IMG/VR virus record: IMGVR_UViG_3300025655_000022
Location: 1 to 64,000 of that record
DNA from: a virus
Strand: one strand, 5' to 3'
DNA length: 64,000 bases
Shown: piece after piece, positions 35,471-47,600 of the stretch
Layout: each line of letters starts with the position of its first letter
Position numbering within the stretch: position 1 is the first letter of the stretch
Position numbers and translations under genes: made by a program
The notes under the pieces: model-generated
Told to the model about the DNA's origin: nothing
The model's input: only the letters and a program-made list of their open reading frames with translations
Database searches by the model: none

Positions 35471-36466
35471 TTAGCTTGTCATTGTCCAAGATGTAGCGTT
35501 CATTGCTGGTGTGCCCCAGGTATCTGACAAGTATGTTGTACTTGGTGGACGCACAACCATTGCATTTGAAAGTGTACCGTCCACAACGTCTAGTGCGTCG
35601 CCTGATCCTGAACCATCTGGAGCAACGGTATCGGCAGCAGCGTCAGTTAATGTAATAACATAAGTTAGCACAGTTGACGTAGCGTTTAATGCTAATGTAA
35701 TTGTAACATAGTTTGCGGTATACGGTGCACTATCAGCATACTGACGGAAAATTGTAGTTGCTGCACCACCTGGTGTTAAATCATAATAACCAGTGGTAGT
35801 AGTTAAGATATCTGGGGTACCTAATCCACCAACTTTTGTAGTACCAGTGTAAGAGGTGCCAGCAATAGATTGTGTTGCTGAGCCACCTGTAGTAACAATA
35901 GTACCGCATTTTGAAAGTAAGTCTGCCCATTCTAGTGACTTAGCGTCACCTGAAGTAAGTGTTAAACTTAAACTGTTACGAATCATACCACCTGCATTAA
36001 AGAAGTAACGTGCTGCATTTGCGCTGCTAAATGTTACAGTGCGTGTAATTGATGCGCTAACATCCCAGGTAGTAGTGCTTGTAATTGTGCCGTTTGTAGT
36101 AATATCTGTTCCATTAGCAGCAGCATTACCTCTGTTTGTAAAAATACTTGAAATATTTCCACTTAGTGCTGTGTATGCGCTAATAGTATCACCAGTGGTT
36201 GGATTTGTAATTGCTGTAATTGAAGTACCTTGGTGATTAGCAATTGTACTTGTACGGTTAAGTAAATTTACCCATTGTGTTGCAGTAATTGTTGTTCCTG
36301 CACTTACTGTTGAAAGATTACCTGATTGACCGTAACCTTTATCACTTGTTCCTGAACCCCAAACTGTATTCAAGTTTGCTGTATTATGATCTACTGCTGA
36401 TGCACCACCTTGTACAAAAATGTTATAGTGGTCATCTAGAATAGTATCGCCTGATGTATATGCCAT
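35471..36466 (-). CDS. virion structural protein (tail fibre/collar-associated), Thr/Ser-rich
   Basis: MAY start, GYGQ, TITATQW..L, ARYFFNAGG; directly downstream of the fibre gene. Confidence 0.65.
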   Translation of the reverse strand: MAYTSGDTILDDHYNIFVQGGASAVDHNTANLNTVWGSGTSDKGYGQSGNLSTVSAGTTITATQWVNLLNRTSTIANHQGTSITAITNPTTGDTISAYTALSGNISSIFTNRGNAAANGTDITTNGTITSTTTWDVSASITRTVTFSSANAARYFFNAGGMIRNSLSLTLTSGDAKSLEWADLLSKCGTIVTTGGSATQSIAGTSYTGTTKVGGLGTPDILTTTTGYYDLTPGGAATTIFRQYADSAPYTANYVTITLALNATSTVLTYVITLTDAAADTVAPDGSGSGDALDVVDGTLSNAMVVRPPSTTYLSDTWGTPAMNATSWTMTS

Positions 36467-36562
36467 TTTACTTTTCCCTTTGTATTAGTTGACTTTTACC
36501 AACGCCATACTTTATATACTTTGATATAAAAGTTATGGCTGGGATTGATTACTAGTCTTCTT

Positions 36563-37927
36563 TTAAAAATTAATTTTAACGACTGCTTCTACTGTGCCTT
36601 CGCCTGTTGTCTCTTTATTAGTTAGCGCACGTCCAATAATGTTACGTGCAGTTGCTTCACCGTCTTGTGCTGCTCTGGCAAAACCATTGCCTGCAGAAAC
36701 TAAGCGATCGCCTTTGTTTACAGTTCCAATGACTTTAACTGGCACACGTCCATTCATAGCGATTGGTGGGTGTGTAGCATTTGAACCTGCTTTTGCGTTC
36801 ATTAAGTACGCTGCACGGTCTGAGATAACGCCAAAAACGTTTTCTGATAATTCTTCAACCGCCTTAGTAATTTCAGCAATACCTCCTAACTCTACAACAG
36901 TACCTGCTTCATATTCAGCATCTGCTTCAAAGCGTTCTGCCAAGTCAGCATACTCGGCTGATGTGGCTGTTCCTTCGAAACTGTTTGCATAAACATTATT
37001 AAATTTGGTTCCGCTGGCACCCAAGTTAGTTGTGCCACCAACACCAGGCAGAATATCTGATGTTGCGCCATCAAAAACAAGTACCTGTGTGGTTGAACCA
37101 CCATCATTTACACGGAAAATAATATCTCCGTTGTTGATGAGATTATCTAAAATTACATTACCGGTTCCCAGTGGAGTAGTAATCTGAAAATCGCTGTCAA
37201 CACCCACTGTTAATCCTGAGTCGTTTAAAATTCCTAGGGAACCAACAGTTGTGTCATTGGCAACGGCGCTAAGGTAATCGGTGGCGCTGAACCCGTCAAG
37301 TTGGGCCGCATTAGTAGCCTTACCAGTAAACAATGCATTACCACTGTCAACAGTTGTGCTTAATTGAATTCCAGAAGCAATATTCGCAAAACCAGTTATT
37401 GAAGTTTGAGGTGTAAACGTTGAATCTTTACTAACAGTAGCAACAATATCATTTTCAACATATAATTTAACCACGATGTGGTCTATGCCGCCGGAATCTC
37501 TAACAGTATCAACAATTGCACCAGATGTACCGGTGCCTGAAGTGAATGCTGGACCTACCAAAACAAAACTCGATCCATCATAAACTTTTAATTGGCTGTT
37601 AGTTGAGTCAAACCACAAATCACCAGCAACGTTACCGGTCGGTGTGCTTGAACTTGACGTAGCAGCACCCAGGTTTTTCCATTGTGATCCGCTGTATACT
37701 TTAAGTAAGTTATTTCCTGAATCATACCATAATTGACCAGTTAATGGAGCAGTTGGGGCTGTGCTATTTGCACTGTTTTCAAGCATTTTGATAAAGTTTT
37801 CTCCCAAAAACTCACCATATCCTGCATAGTTTTTGCCGATAATAGTAATGCTACTTGATGTATTAATAGTACCGTCCGCAACTGTTGCAAAAATACTACC
37901 ATTTGTTTTGTTAATTGTATAAGCCAT
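36563..37927 (-). CDS. tail fibre/short fibre protein with C-terminal chaperone-like domain
   Basis: N-terminal GKNYAGYGE..ENF..LEN, repeated GQLWYDS/GDLWFDS; C-terminal YADLAERF..GTVV..GVIS..GRVPVKV..GDRLVS. Confidence 0.75.
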   Translation of the reverse strand: MAYTINKTNGSIFATVADGTINTSSSITIIGKNYAGYGEFLGENFIKMLENSANSTAPTAPLTGQLWYDSGNNLLKVYSGSQWKNLGAATSSSSTPTGNVAGDLWFDSTNSQLKVYDGSSFVLVGPAFTSGTGTSGAIVDTVRDSGGIDHIVVKLYVENDIVATVSKDSTFTPQTSITGFANIASGIQLSTTVDSGNALFTGKATNAAQLDGFSATDYLSAVANDTTVGSLGILNDSGLTVGVDSDFQITTPLGTGNVILDNLINNGDIIFRVNDGGSTTQVLVFDGATSDILPGVGGTTNLGASGTKFNNVYANSFEGTATSAEYADLAERFEADAEYEAGTVVELGGIAEITKAVEELSENVFGVISDRAAYLMNAKAGSNATHPPIAMNGRVPVKVIGTVNKGDRLVSAGNGFARAAQDGEATARNIIGRALTNKETTGEGTVEAVVKINF

Positions 37928-37987
37928 TGTTGCTCAACTCCAAATTCTTTATATAATCTTATTTATTCATTTTAAATATATGTATAT

Positions 37988-38653
37988 TTATGTTGTACTC
38001 AAATTGGTTAACGTCTGAATACGTACAGTGTAATCAATTTGTATTTGCCTGTTCAAACTTTTCTGAACTGGGTGGAAAACCACATGTGTGATTAACTTTA
38101 AGTTGTCGGCTGAACCATTCCAACTTTTTAGTCCCAGTTCATCAAACACAAAGTCACCGTCTAGTGTGGTACTGTTATCAAATGCCTGTTGACCTGTTGG
38201 CTCTCCATAATCTAACAGACAACTAACAAGAATATCAGTATACACACGTCCTGATGTATGTAGAACCGTTAGATTATTTCGATTAGTATCAGTATTTGAC
38301 GAACTATTATCGTCTACAACTTTGCTAAATGTTTCGTTGTATAAGTTTGCGTTTTGTCCGGTACTGTTTGCGGGCAAATAGGTAATCACACCAGTGGGAT
38401 CCACGCTGGAACCACCGTTTCCAAAACTCATCTGGTAAATATAACCCAGATTTTTGTTAGCCAAGCTCTGTGCCAGTGCTTCACTCATGTTCTCATAATG
38501 AATGGCATTTCTTTTATCAATAAAGACTTCTTTACTGTTTGGATCAAAGATTTTAATATGGCCCTGGATGTTTACTGAGCTTGATTCGTTGGGTTTTGAT
38601 TCTTTGGTATCCATGGGTTTTTGATAATTTTTATTTGTGTCTGTCATTTTCAT
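37988..38653 (-). CDS. baseplate/fibre-attachment structural protein (positional gp8-like)
   Basis: Lies between the giant wedge gene and the fibre gene; beta-rich GHIKIFD, FDELGL, IQIDYTVRI. Confidence 0.55.
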   Translation of the reverse strand: MKMTDTNKNYQKPMDTKESKPNESSSVNIQGHIKIFDPNSKEVFIDKRNAIHYENMSEALAQSLANKNLGYIYQMSFGNGGSSVDPTGVITYLPANSTGQNANLYNETFSKVVDDNSSSNTDTNRNNLTVLHTSGRVYTDILVSCLLDYGEPTGQQAFDNSTTLDGDFVFDELGLKSWNGSADNLKLITHVVFHPVQKSLNRQIQIDYTVRIQTLTNLSTT

Positions 38654-38660
38654 TATTTAT
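38654..38660 (-). promoter_or_regulatory. late promoter-like ATAAATA
   Basis: The same heptamer occurs in or at the edge of the short intergenic gaps at 37960-37966, 37985-37991 and 55349-55355, each upstream of a structural gene. Confidence 0.4.
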
Positions 38661-38670
38661 GCATCCTAGA

Positions 38671-41600
38671 TCACTCGCCTCTGAAGAATCGTGCTGGAGT
38701 TGTTTGTTGTTTTTGCAGTGCAATACCATTGGTTATATACCATATTAAATTATATGGATGGCGTAAAACGCTACCTCGTGATTGGTCTTGTACTGAACTA
38801 GACGCGGCGTGTCTTTGAGTTGCTGTACCGGCTGTGCCTCTTCTGAGTCCACTGATGGTGTTATTGATTGTATCGCGTGTTCTGTAGGTAATCCTTTCAC
38901 CATTAATATTAACTACACCAAAGATACCTGCCGGAAGATTGGGTTCGCCCAGCTTGCTTGCGTCATCAACATACACTGTGTCATGCCAGGGTTCCAAATC
39001 TTGCACAAGTTCAGTTGTATTATCACGTATAATACGGTATACTGCTGCATTCCCACGCATATCGTTAAAAATTCTGAATGACAATTCATCAGGAACAACA
39101 CTATTAGTAAATGTGGTAATAGCAACCACATCAATTGAACTGATCGCACCTCCTGATAAAAGAATAGCAGTGCCATCGTTTGATAAAACAAAATCTTCAC
39201 CTGCTGTCAATCTGCGTCCATTGAGTGTTACCCAGATTCGGTCAGCATTTTCAATTGTTCGATATAGTTCAAAAATATTGACCGTTGAATCAACACCAAT
39301 AGTATAGTCAAACGGTACACTATCGAAACCAAAAACGTCCATCCCTTCTGATACTGGAAGTTCAATTACTTTGGGTCCTTGATACACCACAGTGAGTGCA
39401 TCTTGTTGTCTGATATCTCTGAATGTAGTCACTGCGATAACATCCCCAGCACTCAAGACAATACCAGAGCTTACAATTTTTAATTCATTATTGATGTTGT
39501 TAACTGTATAGTCAGCCGATCCAGTAACATAGACATCCACCGTATCGCCAGCATCAGGAGTTACTGACATGATAACATACCGTTCAGAACTTTCATCGTT
39601 AAGTGATACAGCATAATCGCTGCCCAGTGTTTTCTTTTGGTTGTTTATGTATACAACTACTTCTGAATCAGCAATTAATGTCTGATCAGTTCCTGTGCGG
39701 ATGCCATCTGGGAAATAAAACTCCACAGTTGTACCATCACCGATGTGTCGAATGCCTTCGCTAGGGCGCAATCTTCGTCCATTGAGTTCAACGATGATAT
39801 TATCTCTGGCTGAGCTTTCGATATTACCAGAAATAATAAAACTGGATGTGGTTCCGTCTGAAACAAATATTTCTGTTTCAGGATAACTATATCCATAATC
39901 GATTAATGATGAATCTGATTCAAGAATTTGTTCACCAAACAAAGTTACAACTATGAAATCATTGCCAGTGTATGTTGTGCTGAAAATAAATTCAGTTTCG
40001 CCAACCACGGTTTCAGAATAGCTATATGCGGTGGTTTCAATACCATTTATCAGGATCAATGCCTGATCAATGTCGTTAACATCCACTGGCACAGTTATTC
40101 GATTTCCAATCTTATCGCCGATATAATTTTTTCTGAATATCTGATGTCCGCCGCCAATCTCATAAACATAAATCTTTACTACTTGGCCGGACGATACACC
40201 AGAAGTTACTGTGATTGTTCTGTTTACCCAGTTGATGGTATAATTTCTGTTATTATACAACCTATCACCAGTGGTACCATTGAATACCACCAATTCCACA
40301 GGATGTTCAACAATTCCAGCAAAACTAAAGGTATCTCCGCCATCATAAACATATGATATGCCTTTGATCTGTGACGCATGCCCATTGCCAGTATAATCAT
40401 GCCCAGGTCTGGTTCTGACTGTCATATCAAGTGTATCAAATATTGCGCCAGGTACTAATTCTTCTGGAGCATGTGAACTATATTCATCAATAAATGCCCC
40501 ACCATCTACATTGATGTCTTCAGCACGTGTTCCGATGTAGATATCTGTAAACAAACTGCTGTATTCTGTGTCTAATATGGCATCACTATATGTGGGTAAT
40601 CCTTCAGGACCATAGTCAATATTATCAAATGGTGTAATATCAAAATTTCCAATATCATAACCAGTGTTATCACTAAAGTTTGTGCTTTGTACTTGTACAC
40701 CTGGATAATCGATTCCATCGATCAGCAAAGCCAAATCCAATCCAGGATTGTTTACATCAGCAACATAAAAACCGGTAGTACGATCAACACCGCTCAGTGT
40801 GGATGCATTTACCAGTTCATAATTTTCTGGATCAAATGTTGATTCCTGAATTGAGCTACCATCTGCTAAACTTACGCGATACACACGGTCGTTATAGCGC
40901 ACCAATTGATCTTCATTGTAAACCGTATCTGGCGTCCAATCCACTATCTGGCTCTGATATTCATAGCGATCATACTTGATTGTAGTCTTGATGTTTCTGA
41001 CCAGATCGTTTTTCATGTACACGGTAGTACGTGCGCCAGTGCCATTTCCACCAGTGATTTCTATGATCGGGGTTGTTCTGTATCCATATCCTGCGGTTGA
41101 AATTTGAATTTCAGTAACCTGTCCTACAGAATTAATCAGCGCAACTGCTTGTGCTGGCTGCGTGGCATCTCCAATAATGTTAACGGTGGGTGGTACTGTA
41201 TATCCAGATCCAGCATTGGTTATAACGATTTCATCTACTGCGAGCAGATGATTATCATACCAGTCTGACCAAGGTATGGTATCCCATACACTATCAGTGG
41301 ATAAACGATTGCTTGGATCTGTTTCCAGAGCAGCAAACCCATCATCTAGAATTGGACTTACATATTTTTCATAAACCGAATCATACGCCGCAGGATTATC
41401 AAAATCAGTTGCGCTGCCATCATATAAGTCAATACCTTCATATTTTAATAAGAAGTCTTTAATCTTAACGTGATATGGTTTAGCCTCTTCAATATAGTTT
41501 TGCACAAATGTTTGGTTGTCTTTTCTGTAAACATTGTACTTTTCAAGATTTCTGACTTTGTGTTCGACGTCGATTAAACTAGTCTTAAACAACCAATCAA

Positions 41601-44600
41601 TAGATCCTTGTTCAGATAAGATATAATTAAACATCATGACCAAAAGTTGATTTCTTTGCGCAATGGAATTCCCAACAAATAGCTCTTCATTAATTGCTTT
41701 GATTATTTGTCGAGTTTCTATAACTGGTTCTTGATCAAAATATTGTGCATCAAAGATCTCAACATCAAACCCATAAAATCCTGTGTTTGCATAATCCCAC
41801 AGTGCGTCACTTAACCGGATTGTGCCTCGTTGAGTGCCCACTCTGGTCCAACCACTTGTGCTATTATAATTGTAGAGTTCCCAATTGCCGGTACTGTTAA
41901 CATTAACTTTTACTAGCGTGTCATCAGGCACTGTTAACGCAAGAAGCTCACTATATGTGCTGACAATTCTTGATGGTTTGGATAAGCTATTGTATCCATC
42001 TGCATACCAATCAGTATAATCCCAGTACTTGGTTGTGTTATAATTTTGCACTCTGATTAACATCAAAGACAGATCAGCTTGCACCTGATATATGGTCCAT
42101 AATCCATTGTTGCTACTGTCAGATTCAACCAATATCCTGTACCCAGAGCCAACCAATTGTAAATTTTGATAGCTTAATTCTGAAAGATCAGCAACACGGT
42201 CGTCATATGCTCCGGAAGAACTGGACGGAATAGGATCTTTGCTACTTAAAATATTAAACGCAGTTAACTCAGCATATGGTTGTTGCGCGAGCAACAGATT
42301 TGCATTCGTGATGTAAATTTTTAATGCTGCTAACCGATCAACAAACAGACTTCTTCTGGGTCTGAATTCAACACCATATCTATCGTCAGGTGATAATCCA
42401 ATGTCCGGCACTTTGTTACCAAGTGTGTCTGTGCCACAAAAACTGTCTTGAAGTTTTCGATATATGCTATCAGACAAGAAATCTTTTGGTCTCTGTTCTC
42501 TGATTAAATCATACTCAACAAATACTTTGTTTTCATTAAAATTTTGATTGTACTCAATATGCAAAATACTATTGGACTCATCCACATATTCATTAACATT
42601 ATACAGAGCAACAACATTTTTTCTCATCATTGCTGCATATGGGATTCCTGAACTTTGTGGATTTTGGATATAAGATGCAATTGCAGTAGCACTCAGTGTT
42701 TTTCCTAGCTTTCTGTTAACTGTGGTGTAATCTTTGACCCAGAAATAATATCGTGTGGTGATTGTTCTGGTCTGATCCAGTCCACTGATAACTGTGTATT
42801 GATTGATGTCTTTAACTGTTCCTGTACCGGTGTATTGTGCCGGCGGTACTGAGCTTTCAATCCATTCATAAACATCAACACTACTACCATCTGCTAGTGT
42901 ACCCCAGTTTTTAGAACTATAAACTAAATCTTGTTGATTGTAATTCACAAACCTTGCATTAGTGGTATCCCACCAGATTGTTCCAGTTTGACTGGCTGCC
43001 CAATATGTTCCATTGTTATTAACACTATATGATGCTGGGTCCACTGCACCAATAATATCAATATTTTGTTGTGCAGCACCCAGAATTTTTCCATTTACTG
43101 GGTCAATAAAGTCCAGATATGCTTTGACTGCTTGTGTGTTTGCATCATAAATGTAAACAGCATCAATTAAACGATGATCAACTTTTGTTGGCTGTTCCTG
43201 AATTGGTTGCCATGCAGCAGATCCGGTTGAACTTGCAAAAATTGTTAGTCTGCCAATGTTAGTCAGTGCGGTATCGTAACCTGGGCTGGTAACCAAAAGA
43301 AGATTATCAGTAAAATCAACAGCCGTTCCAAATCCATCCAATTCTTTGACATCTGGGCTGAAGATCTGTTGGCCAAACACAAATTTTCCAGGTACATTAT
43401 AATTTGAGCTAGGTAGCAGATCGAACGTAAACACCGCACCACTGTCAGGCACAACATCTGATAAGTTAGTGGTGTTGCTATCAAACGTTGTATTGGATGA
43501 ATCAAACACAATTGGAATAAACGCACTGGATTTTTTAGCACCAACAACTAGATTGGTTGCACTATAATCAACATGAATACTTGAGCCGAACTCACTGTAT
43601 TCTTCTGGTCTTGGACTCACAATTGTTTGTGTTAATTCATATGGTTGTAACCCCAGTGTTTCAAATGCAGTGCCCTGACCTGGCATCACTGTCATTTTAG
43701 AAAGCAGCGGTGATTCATTGATATTAATGTTACTAATTCTGAGCTTATTATCGACAATAGATGCCTGAACATTTGGAATAACTGCTGAATTGATATCAGA
43801 TACTATTTGATTTAATGATGTTCCAGTAAATTGTACATCAATATTGTCAATTCTAATAGTTTCACCAACAGTCACTGATGGATTGACAACGGTACTATCA
43901 ATATATCCAAACACTCTGGTTCTGCTAACAAATCTGGCAACACTGCCTGCTTCAGGAAGCAAGGTATTATCTTTTGGTGAGCTCACATACACAGAACAAT
44001 CAGTTCTGCAAACACCAAGTGCTGAGCCGAAATAAGCACTCTGGTTGGATTTTTCTGCCGTTAGCGTCTGTACTAACTGAAATTGATTAACATCAATATC
44101 AATCAAATCGCCTGTATTTAATACTGTGCTTGCATCAACGGTAATACTGTTTGAACCAATATCAATACTATAATTTGAATCAACATTGTTGATCGAATTA
44201 ATTTGTTTTACTCTGTTGATTCTAACTGCGTTAACTGCATCGATTGATCTTCTGGTTGGATATCTCAATGTATTTTTGTTAGTTACAACAAATCGTTCCA
44301 CTATGCGTTCGTATACATAGGTTTTTCCTGCGAAACTTTGTATTTCGCCATCAACAATGTTTGTTGCATCAGGTGCACCAATTATTACTTGCTGTCCATC
44401 ACTAGTAGTCTTGACTGATCTACCAAAATCTTCGTTGGACGATCTAGAAATTTTACCAACATATCTGAAATAATCCTGTGCTCTGATTGATATTATTGTA
44501 CCAGAAGATGGGGCAACTGTAAACGTTATTTCTTTTGTGGAATCGTTAAATGTATAATCGTAATATGGACGTAAAAGAACACCATTAATATCTACACTAA

Positions 44601-47600
44601 ATGAATCAATGGTTGTGGCTGTATATAGTTCAGTTATATCAAATGTAAGTGTTGATCCATCACCAGACGGTGTTGTTGTGTTTTTTCTGGTTACGCTAAT
44701 TTGTGTTCCTGATGCTGGTGCACCATAAAAAATTAACGTTGTGCCAGACAAATAATAACCGGTACTGCTCTGAACAACGTCGTTGAACGAAACTGTTAAT
44801 TGTTCTGCAGCATTGATTTTTAGATCAGTTGACAGATCGTATTGTGTGGTCTGACCGTCTGCTATAAATGTGGCTGTTTGATTTTGATATACAATCTTTT
44901 CATATGCATACACACTTTCGATGCCAGTAGCACTTACATATATCCAGTTTTCATCCTCGCTGATTGCCACAGCCGCACCAAACTCTTGAGATTGGTCGCC
45001 TTGATCTGATACCGGAAGTGTCAAGTACTGCCAATTTTGGAAAATGTCCTGGCTTGGATTTCTATAAATTACAGTAGCCAAACCTTGGCCACTGATACTC
45101 AAGCTGGCGCCAGCTACACCCCAGTTTTTAGAAATTGCCACAGCGTTTCCATAACCCTGTGCTTTGTTCGAATCCAGGGTCAACACACTATCAAATACAT
45201 ATGTGTTGGCGTCTTTGTTGTAACAATAGACACCGCCGCTGGCATTCTGTCTGTCGGTATAATTAGTAGCACCAATTATAGCACCATAACCATCAAGTGC
45301 TTGCGCTAGACTTATTCCAAAATTGTAACTATCAGTAGCACCAGGCGCAGTAGTATTTTGTTCTAAACTAAACGGTACCTTTTTCTCATACACTTTCCAT
45401 TTGCCGTTTATGTCAGCATCAACCCAAACTTTATCGCCCTGGATTAAATTACTATTATATTCTGTGTTTGCAATATCACTTGCTTGATCGACTCTGGCTG
45501 TAGTAAGTTTGAATACAATCCCATTTCCTGTTGCAACTGATGTGCTTCCTGCAAGTGACCCAGCCACAGTAACCGATTTTGTGTCTTCGATTGTTAGAAT
45601 TTGATGGGCGCCATTGACCGTATCGTCAAAATATTTGATAATTATTAGTTCATCTCTATGTAAATCAACAGTCAAATCAAATTCCAGTGTCAGTGTTCCA
45701 TTAAGGTTATCGATCACTGACACAAGTTTTGGATTGTCTTCACGAACTCGATAGTCAATTGTTGTTGGCTCATCGGGATACACAAACATTGATTGTGATC
45801 TTAATAAGCTACAACGATAAACATCCCAATTATATTTGTTAGATTTAACAACCCACACATATGCGCCATCGCGAACTTTGTCTAATTGTTCTGTTAAGGA
45901 TGTTAAATCATCAAGATTAAAAATTGAAACATCTATATCATCACTGTTGACATATCCTGCACTAGGAAATGAAACGTCGGTTATAACTTCTGTTAATTCT
46001 GGAAAAATGTTTGTGGTTGTATTTTTGTTGCTTTGTTTATAGATATTATCGATCTGAACCAATTGATCTGCAACAGTATCTACACCTAATGTATTGACTT
46101 CAATAATACTAGGATTGGTTTTAATTAGTTGCTCATCTAATGAAAATTCCACAAATCGCTTGTTATCATTTGCACCATAAGTTGCACGCTTGATAGCCCA
46201 GTTTTCATAAATGTTATATTCGGCCAGATCTTTATCAAAAGTTACACCTTGAAATAATTTAACGCTCGATGGTGTTCCTTTATGATTGACAAGATCGCCA
46301 TATATGTTGATTTGACTTAAATCACTAATGTTAAGACTTTCCAAATAATCTCGGGGGCGGAATCCGGTAATTCCAAATGCAAGCAAATCAACATCGCTTT
46401 CCAGGTTAGCAGTTGTGTTATTATAGTATTTTGTCATTTGATCAGCTTTATTGCTGATATTAGGGAGCATTCCTTTGTTGATTAAATCATAATCAACTTT
46501 AATCCAGTCGTCGTATTCAAATGTTTCTGTTGGTTGTAATTTTTCAAATGCCGACCAATATGAATTTTTATATTTGACAATGTCGCCTTTGTTGTAATTT
46601 ACATTAGCGTTCCAATCAGATACATTATCCTGATTGATAATAAATCCTTGAGCATCTAGTTGCCCGTTCCATTCAAATGTGGTAAATCCATCAATTTTGA
46701 TTCGTTGTTGTCTGAGACCAGTTACTGGCTGATATATCAGATCATTAAAGATGCTAACATTGTCCATGATCAACAGATGTTCGTAGCTGGTGCTTCTCAA
46801 TCTCAAGTAACTTAATGATTTGTCAGCCAACATGACCAGTTTGAATTGATTATCCAACCGAACAACTGAGAAATCATCTGATTTTAATGGCTGTCTGTTC
46901 TGATCAAGCGGACGTTCATTAATTGCCAGATTATTTAAATTATCGACTACTGATAATGGACGCTGGTGTTTTAATACACTTGCTGAAGGGTTGATGTTGA
47001 TTAAACTTCCGGCAACCCAGTTCTGGTCAGCCCAGTAAACAAACTCTTGTGCCATTTGCGTCCAGGTTAGGATAATATTGTTTTCAACATCATCAAATGT
47101 CATGCCAGCTGCTTCTAGAAAAGCACCATAACTCACTAAGAAATCAACAACACTGTTAATACTTGCAAATGTATATCCATAAGGAACACGAACTACTCTG
47201 GAAGTAAACTTAGTTGGGATCCTTATTCTGGTTGTCCCTACTGTGATTGTTTCAAAGTCTCCGCTGGTGGAACTTTCTAGAATACGGAAATATGCTTCTG
47301 TCTGACTATTACCATACACTGCATATCCATTTTCTGTGCGTTGAATCATTACACTGGAAAACTGAATATCAGCAAACGACTGATTTTTGTAAAGCAACAG
47401 ATCATAACTTTCATCAGGTATTAGCAGACTTGTGTTAGAACTATCTGGGCTGCTCTTGTCTGTGAAGATTTTAAGATATTTTTTATCTGTGAATGCCCCC
47501 ATGCGATATGCAAGTCTGACATCTAGCTCAGATATTTCAGTTTTTAAACCATCGGTATCAGGTATTCCAGTACTACGGTTATATTCAGCAATCCAGTCGA

